Positions 1 through 4,108 of a DNA stretch of 4,108 bases are shown here, piece by piece (position 1 is the stretch's first letter; every line of letters begins with the position of its first letter). The notes under the pieces are model-generated. The model had not been told where the DNA came from. It ran no database searches and saw nothing but the letters and a program-made list of their open reading frames with translations. Both the position numbers and the translations under genes were made by a program. This DNA is from a virus (lineage: Duplodnaviria; Heunggongvirae; Uroviricota; Caudoviricetes), in IMG/VR virus record IMGVR_UViG_2565956622_000012; one strand, given 5' to 3'.

Positions 1-2
1 TA

Positions 3-137
3 TCACCACCGACTATTTGCAACAGTGCCATTAAAAAAATGTCGTCACGCGATTTTATTCAGTTGTGCGCTGTGGCTGTAAATTTTATGAGCGAGCCAGA
101 CTCTGGCGCGAAGAGCGTGCAGGAGACGGCAGCGTAA
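3..137 (+). CDS. Phage tail assembly chaperone gpE-like, C-terminal fragment (5' end lies outside the window); zero frame for the E/E' -1 frameshift
   Basis: Frame 3 is open from the window edge to TAA at 135-137 (…IKKMSSRDFIQLCAVAVNFMSEPDSGAKSVQETAA*). It sits immediately upstream of, and overlapping, the conserved E' frame, as expected for the P2 E/E' arrangement. Openness alone is weak evidence (45 codons); the call rests on synteny with E', T and U. Confidence 0.4.
   Translation, partial: SPPTICNSAIKKMSSRDFIQLCAVAVNFMSEPDSGAKSVQETAA
4..29. repeat. Left copy of a perfect 26-bp inverted repeat (caccaccgactatttgcaacagtgcc)
   Basis: Exact reverse complement of 4083-4108, with an imperfect extension of about 9 further bp inward. 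It lies in the E reading frame at the window edge. Confidence 0.95.
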
Positions 138-301
138 TCACCCTGGTGTGCTTTGAGCACATCGAAGATCTGGTGGCGGATATTGCCGCCATTTTCAACT
201 GGTCGCCCGCCGAAATCTTCATGATGACGCCCGGCGAAGTGGTTAGCTGGCGTGAGCGGGCGGCACTTCGCAGCGGGAATGCAGATAATGAAGACTCTTG
301 A
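65..301 (+). CDS. GpE-family phage tail protein (E' extension), probably expressed as an E+E' fusion by programmed -1 frameshift; frame 2 is open 35-301
   Basis: The frame-2 translation …FNWSPAEIFMMTPGEVVSWRERAALRSGNA… matches the conserved W-x-P-x-E…M…E…W…A…R-S-G pattern of the P2 GpE/E' family. It ends at TGA 299-301, overlapping the tape measure start, as in the P2 F-E-T-U-D operon. Frame 2 is closed upstream by TAA at 32-34, so entry is by frameshift from frame 3 or from an internal start (GTG 65). Confidence 0.65.
   Translation: MRCGCKFYERARLWREERAGDGSVITLVCFEHIEDLVADIAAIFNWSPAEIFMMTPGEVVSWRERAALRSGNADNEDS
80..86 (+). other. Candidate -1 programmed frameshift slippery heptamer A_AAT_TTT (X_XXY_YYZ in the E frame)
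   Basis: AAATTTT at 80-86 is phased so that codons AAT (81-83) and TTT (84-86) are in frame 3; a -1 slip enters frame 2, the conserved E' frame. An alternative slippery element is the A7 run at 33-39. Confidence 0.35.
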
Positions 302-3095
302 CATCCGGGTCGCTTTCAGCGCCGTTGACAGGCTGACCCGGCCTGCCGAAAACGCCCGCCGCCTGATGGGGCAGTTTGGTGACTCCATTCAGCGAACGCA
401 GGGGGCGATCAAAAATCTCGAGCGTCAGGCGCGTTCATTTGAGCGCGCCCGCGACGCTGTCAGTAAAGCGGATGCGGGTATCGTGAAAGCACGACGCCAG
501 CTTAACGCCCTTAATCAGTTACAACGCACGGGTACAGTGCTCAGCGAAAAACAACAAAAGCTGATGCAGCAGTTAAGCACCCGGCTTGAACGCCTGAATG
601 AATCGCGCACACGGGAAATTCAGAAAATGCGGGAGCTTGGCGGAGAACTGAAACGCCACGGCATTTCCCTGACAGGCAGCGATAACACCATCCAGCAGGC
701 CATCAGACGCACCGAACAATACAACAACCAGCTTGAACGCGAACGGCAGGCGCTTGCGCGTGTAACGCAGGCTCGTGAGCGGTATTCGCGCGCGCAGGAA
801 ACCGCGGGAAAACTGAAAACAGGTGGTGCGCTGGCAATTGGTGCGGCAGCGGCGGGCGGCTATGCTGCCGGGCGTTTTTTGCAGCCCGCGATCGGGTTCG
901 GCAAAGAGATGTCCCGCGTTCAGGCGCTGACGCGAATCGACAAAAACAGCCCGCAGTTTAAGGCGCTGCGTGAGCAGGCGTTAAAACTTGGCTCTGAAAC
1001 ACAGTTTACTGCGAGTGATGCCGCCAGTGGGCAGAGCTTTCTGGCAATGGCTGGTTTTACTCCGCAGGCCATTCAGGCCGCATTGCCCGGTGTTCTTAAT
1101 ATGGCGCTGGCAGGTGGCGTCGAACTCGGCGAGACGGCTGATATAGGCTCCAATATCCTCACACAGTTCAACCTGACAGCCGATCAAATGGACCGGGTTG
1201 GCGATACGCTGACAGCGGCATTCACCCGGACCAATACTGATTTACGCGCGCTGGGCGAAACCATGAAGTATACCGGTCCGGTTGCCGCAAAACTTGGTAT
1301 CAGTCTTGAAGAAGCGGCAGCCATGGCCGGGATGCTTGCCAATAATGGTCTTCGTGGAAGCGATGCTGGTACGGCCATGCGCGCAAGTCTGTCCCGCCTT
1401 GCATCACCGCCAAAAGCTGCGGCTGATGCGCTGAAAGAGCTGGGGGTGTCAGTTGCTGACGCCAGAGGCAAAATGCGCCCGATGGAGGATGTGCTGCTTG
1501 ATCTCTATAAGGCGACACAAAAATACGGACAGGTGGACCAGGTTTCCTTCTTCAAGGACATCGCCGGAGAAGAGGCGTTCGTTGGTTTGCAGACGCTTGT
1601 TGCGGCGGCTGGTTCAGGAGAGCTGCAAAAACTGACCAGAGAATTGCAGGGGGCAAGGGGAGAGGCCGATCGCGTTGCAAAAGTAATGGCCGATAATCTT
1701 GATGGGGACCTGAAAAATCTCGACAGCGCATGGGAAGGTCTTCGTATTCGCATCAGTGATCTGGTTGACGGTCCGCTGCGTTCTGTCACGCAGTGGCTCA
1801 CGCGGGTGCTTGAAAAAATCACCTCGCTGGCGCAGGCCCATCCGGTACTGACGCGCCAGCTACTGATAGCAGGCGGTGCGTTGCTGGCAATGACTGCAAC
1901 GGTTGGCTCGTTGTCGCTGGCTATTGGTGTGCTTGCTGGCCCGCTGGCAAAACTGCGTCTTGGCTTTTCCCTCCTGACCGGTTCAATGAATGCTGTCAGA
2001 CTCCTGCCAGCACTATGGGGAATGGTGACGGGTTCCGTTTCGTTACTGGGGGGCGCTATCGGGGCGTTGTTCAGTCCGGTCGGCCTTATCGTGGCTGCGC
2101 TTGCCGGAGCTGCCGTTCTCATCTGGAAATACTGGGATCCCATCAGGGCATTTTTTGCCGGGGTGTTCAGCGGGATTATGGAAAGGCTGACCCCGTTGCG
2201 CGAAACCTTTGAACGGTTTGGTCCTGTTTTTGACGCAATCGGGAGTGGGATCAGCCAGGTGTTTAACTGGTTTAAATCGCTGCTGTCTCCGATGGAGTCC
2301 AGCAAGGAAACTCTGGATAAATGTACCAGTGCTGGCGAGATATTCGGTAACGTTCTTGGCGGTGCGTTACAACTTGTTCTGACACCTGCAAAAATGTTGC
2401 TGGATACGCTGGCGTGGATACTTGAAAAGCTTGGTGTGCTTCCGGATGAAGCGGAAAGGGCGCGCAAGAAAATCGAAGACGCACAGCGTGCGGCCATTCT
2501 TCAGGACAAGGTTGCCTTGCTTCAGGGGGACCTGGCGAAAATCAATCCGCCGAAGCCTGTGGAAAATGGCAATGGCACCGGAGGTGATAACCCCAAAGAC
2601 AATAAACCGCTCACAGACAGCAATACCGGTACGCTGCGCAGACTCAGCAAAATTGCTGATAACACAGGTAAGCTGGTTGAGGAGACGAAAAAACGCATTG
2701 GCCCCGGCGATATTGTCTTTAAAAACCTGCCCCGAGCACTTGCTGTTCGTGGGGAGTGGCAGGAGCGGAAGATTGCGCAGGTCAGTAAGCCTGCCCCCGC
2801 AATTAATATCACACCCGTGGTCCCGGCTCCGCTGCCTCCGGCGCTGGTCCCTGTTGTTGCGGCCAGCTCCCGCCCGGTGGCGGAGGCTATACGATCTCCA
2901 GTGGCATCAGTTCCTGTAACTTCCCGTAACCGGGAGCCTGTTGCCTCCGGATTTGGTGGTGAAATTCATGTTCATCTGCATAACGTTGTTACGCAGAATC
3001 CCCGCGAACTGGCGAAACTGGTCGGTGAAATGGTCAGGGCAGAAATGGAACGGCGCGCCCGTGCCGGGCGTGGCAGTTTTTACGATAAAGATTGA
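288..3095 (+). CDS. Phage tail tape measure protein (P2 gpT-like)
   Basis: A 2.8-kb ORF ending at TGA 3093-3095. It has a charged coiled-coil-like N-terminal region, a conserved tape-measure core (…LTRIDKNSPQFKALREQALKLGSETQFTASDAASGQSFLAMAGFTP…GVELGETADIGSNILTQFNLTADQMDRVGDTLTAAFTRTNTDLRALGETMKYTGPVAAKLGISLEEAAAMAGMLANNGLRGSDAGTAMRASL…), a long central hydrophobic Gly/Ala/Leu-rich segment, and a Pro/Ala/Val-rich C-terminal linker. The start is ambiguous (GTG 252, ATG 279, ATG 288); ATG 288 has GGGA about 9 nt upstream and gives MKTLDIRVAFSAV…. Confidence 0.92.
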   Translation: MKTLDIRVAFSAVDRLTRPAENARRLMGQFGDSIQRTQGAIKNLERQARSFERARDAVSKADAGIVKARRQLNALNQLQRTGTVLSEKQQKLMQQLSTRLERLNESRTREIQKMRELGGELKRHGISLTGSDNTIQQAIRRTEQYNNQLERERQALARVTQARERYSRAQETAGKLKTGGALAIGAAAAGGYAAGRFLQPAIGFGKEMSRVQALTRIDKNSPQFKALREQALKLGSETQFTASDAASGQSFLAMAGFTPQAIQAALPGVLNMALAGGVELGETADIGSNILTQFNLTADQMDRVGDTLTAAFTRTNTDLRALGETMKYTGPVAAKLGISLEEAAAMAGMLANNGLRGSDAGTAMRASLSRLASPPKAAADALKELGVSVADARGKMRPMEDVLLDLYKATQKYGQVDQVSFFKDIAGEEAFVGLQTLVAAAGSGELQKLTRELQGARGEADRVAKVMADNLDGDLKNLDSAWEGLRIRISDLVDGPLRSVTQWLTRVLEKITSLAQAHPVLTRQLLIAGGALLAMTATVGSLSLAIGVLAGPLAKLRLGFSLLTGSMNAVRLLPALWGMVTGSVSLLGGAIGALFSPVGLIVAALAGAAVLIWKYWDPIRAFFAGVFSGIMERLTPLRETFERFGPVFDAIGSGISQVFNWFKSLLSPMESSKETLDKCTSAGEIFGNVLGGALQLVLTPAKMLLDTLAWILEKLGVLPDEAERARKKIEDAQRAAILQDKVALLQGDLAKINPPKPVENGNGTGGDNPKDNKPLTDSNTGTLRRLSKIADNTGKLVEETKKRIGPGDIVFKNLPRALAVRGEWQERKIAQVSKPAPAINITPVVPAPLPPALVPVVAASSRPVAEAIRSPVASVPVTSRNREPVASGFGGEIHVHLHNVVTQNPRELAKLVGEMVRAEMERRARAGRGSFYDKD

Positions 3096-3099
3096 GGAG
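3094..3099 (+). promoter_or_regulatory. Shine-Dalgarno (GAGGAG) for the gpU-like gene, overlapping the tape measure stop codon (translational coupling)
   Basis: GAGGAG at 3094-3099 lies 8 nt upstream of ATG 3108 and immediately after the T stop TGA 3093-3095. Confidence 0.6.
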
Positions 3100-3107
3100 T
3101 CATGGCC

Positions 3108-3596
3108 ATGATGATGATCTACGGCATGTTTGTTTTTGAGCTGCGCACGCTGCCGCATCAGCAGTTACAGCAAAACAAAAGCTGGCGGCATGTGAAAAAT
3201 GAACGCGTTAACCGTTCAGCAAGCTGGCAGTATATCGGTGCAGGTGATGATCGCATCGTTCTTTCTGGTGTGCTTTATCCTGAAATTACAGGTGGCGAAG
3301 TGTCGCTGTCGCTGCTGACCACGCAGGCGTATACAGGACGACCCTGGCCTTTGATTGATGGCGTCGGGCAGATTTACGGCATGTATGTCCTGACTGAAAC
3401 GAATACGACCCGCTCCGAGTTTGATCGCTACGGTAAGGCGAAAAAGATAGAATTTTCACTGACTCTTGAACGCTGTGATGAGGATTTGCGGGAGCGCCTG
3501 CAATCCTCATCGTTCAGTGATATGCTGTCCGGCTTCAAAGATAAGGTGACATCATCTCTTAACAGCGCGGCCAGTTCAGTTAAAGGGCTGTTCTGA
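3108..3596 (+). CDS. Phage tail protein gpU-like (P2 U family)
   Basis: ORF MMMIYGMFVFELRTLPHQQL…WRH…NERV…LSGVLYPEITGG…WPLIDGVGQIYGMYVLT…KKIEFSLTLERCDE… has the N-terminus and motif spacing I recall for P2 gpU-family proteins. It sits directly downstream of the tape measure gene and ends at TGA 3594-3596. An in-frame ATG at 3102 is too close to the SD; 3108 is preferred. Confidence 0.85.
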   Translation: MMMIYGMFVFELRTLPHQQLQQNKSWRHVKNERVNRSASWQYIGAGDDRIVLSGVLYPEITGGEVSLSLLTTQAYTGRPWPLIDGVGQIYGMYVLTETNTTRSEFDRYGKAKKIEFSLTLERCDEDLRERLQSSSFSDMLSGFKDKVTSSLNSAASSVKGLF

Positions 3597-3605
3597 TTTA
3601 ACACA

Positions 3606-3640
3606 AAAACCGCTAATGGTCAGATTAGCGGTTTTCATTT
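3606..3640 (+). terminator. Bidirectional rho-independent terminator shared by the convergent gpU-like gene and invertase remnant
   Basis: Perfect 12-bp inverted repeat aaaaccgctaat (3606-3617) / attagcggtttt (3624-3635) with a 6-nt loop ggtcag, followed by a T-run (ttttcatttt) on the + strand and preceded by an A-run (a T-run on the - strand). The invertase stop codon (TAA, complement of 3625-3627) lies inside the stem. Confidence 0.7.
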
Positions 3641-4082
3641 TCCTGAGTCTGCCCGGTTGTTTCTTCAGTCTGTATATCGCCTACAGGGTGATAACGATAA
3701 ATCGTCGATGTGCCAATGCCGTAAATTATTGCCAGTTGTTTTCTGTCGTGCCCGTTTTTGATTAGCCTTGCTATTTGCTCATGCTGTTCTTTTGTCAGCT
3801 TCGGTCGACGTCCGCCTGTGCGCCCCCTTGCGCGCGCTGCCGCCAGCCCGGCCAGTGTACGTTCAACAATTAATTCACGTTCCATTTCAGCCAGGGCACC
3901 CATCACGTGGAAGAAAAAACGCCCCATTGGAGAAGATGTGTCTATGCTGTCGGTCAGACTGCGAAAATTAATCCCTCGCTCCCGTAGTTCCCCGACGAGA
4001 GAAATCAGATGTTTCATGCTTCGCCCGAGGCGATCCAGTTTCCAGACAACCAGCGTGTCACCTTTTTGAAGGCGCTTTAAAG
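3625..4082 (-). pseudogene. DNA invertase (Hin/Gin/Pin/Cin-family serine recombinase), 5'-truncated remnant lacking the N-terminal catalytic serine region; C-terminal HTH retained
   Basis: The - strand translation …LKRLQKGDTLVVWKLDRLGRSMKHLISLVGELRERGINFRSLTDSIDTSSPMGRFFFHVMGALAEMERELIVERTLAGLAAARARGRTGGRRPKL…GHDRKQLAIIYGIGTSTIYRYHP… corresponds to roughly residues 45-190 of Gin/Hin-type invertases (by recollection). The first ~45 residues, including the catalytic Ser (GYxRVSTxxQ motif), are absent. In-frame sequence upstream of 4082 (…TTDYLQQCP) does not resemble the conserved …RPGLKRAL… region and is the inverted copy of window positions 4-29. The ORF track calls 3625-4095 using a TTG start. 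Confidence 0.8.
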
Positions 4083-4108
4083 GGCACTGTTGCAAATAGT
4101 CGGTGGTG
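4083..4108. repeat. Right copy of the perfect 26-bp inverted repeat (ggcactgttgcaaatagtcggtggtg)
   Basis: Exact reverse complement of 4-29. It begins precisely where invertase homology ends. Confidence 0.95.

Noticed and set aside
4-29. Possibility that the 26-bp repeat is a hix/gix/cix-type invertase crossover site defining an invertible segment
   Set aside because: The 26-mer is not internally palindromic and does not resemble the conserved 12-2-12 crossover-site consensus. The adjacent invertase lacks its catalytic N-terminus, and no recombinational enhancer region (normally in the invertase 5' coding part) is present. Inversion by another recombinase acting in trans cannot be excluded from sequence alone.
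165-180. Chi-like sequence (ctggtggc) within E'
   Set aside because: Not an exact match to the Chi octamer GCTGGTGG, and single occurrences are expected by chance in GC-rich enterobacterial-like DNA.
59-388. 109-aa ORF on the - strand overlapping E' and the tape measure start
   Set aside because: Antisense to the conserved GpE-family frame and the tape measure start; no recognisable motifs.
981-1518. Small - strand ORFs (68, 95 and 72 aa) inside the tape measure gene
   Set aside because: All are embedded antisense in the tape measure CDS and have no independent support.
1505-2497. 330-aa ORF on the - strand, entirely inside the tape measure gene
   Set aside because: It is antisense to a strongly supported coding region. 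The translation is low-complexity Ser/Ala/Pro/Arg-rich with no recognisable domain, as expected for a spurious antisense frame in GC-rich coding DNA.
2422-2919. 165-aa Arg-rich ORF on the + strand in an alternative frame within the tape measure gene
   Set aside because: Out-of-frame overlap with the tape measure CDS. Highly basic, low-complexity composition typical of an off-frame read of GC-rich coding sequence; no RBS or conservation signal.
3758-4069. Two ORFs on the + strand (103 aa and 67 aa) overlapping the invertase remnant
   Set aside because: Antisense to the clearly recognisable invertase reading frame; Arg/Ser/Pro-rich low-complexity translations.
1-4108. Looked for CRISPR repeats, tRNA or rRNA genes, and defence or toxin-antitoxin modules
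   Set aside because: There are no regularly spaced direct repeats, no cloverleaf-compatible segments or rRNA-like conserved stretches, and the coding capacity is fully accounted for by the tail genes and the invertase remnant.

Overview
This window is a fragment of a P2-like (Peduovirus-type) prophage tail module on the + strand, followed by a convergent, 5'-truncated Hin/Gin/Pin-family DNA invertase remnant on the - strand. The tail genes are the 3' end of the tail assembly chaperone gene E with its -1 frameshift extension E' (GpE family), a ~935-aa tail tape measure protein (gpT-like), and a gpU-like tail protein, closed by a strong bidirectional hairpin terminator. The most unusual feature is structural: the window is bounded by a perfect 26-bp inverted repeat (4-29 vs 4083-4108), and the right copy starts exactly where invertase homology stops. 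The invertase is therefore fused to an inverted copy of sequence that also lies in the E reading frame at the left edge. This points to a rearrangement junction, an inverted duplication, or an assembly chimera rather than a canonical hix/gix-bounded invertible segment. The tail protein D gene that normally follows U in P2 is absent. I see no rRNA, tRNA, CRISPR array or recognisable defence system, and no clear evidence of a novel system beyond this junction. All homology calls are from reading the translated ORFs and from recollection of the protein families; no database search was run.
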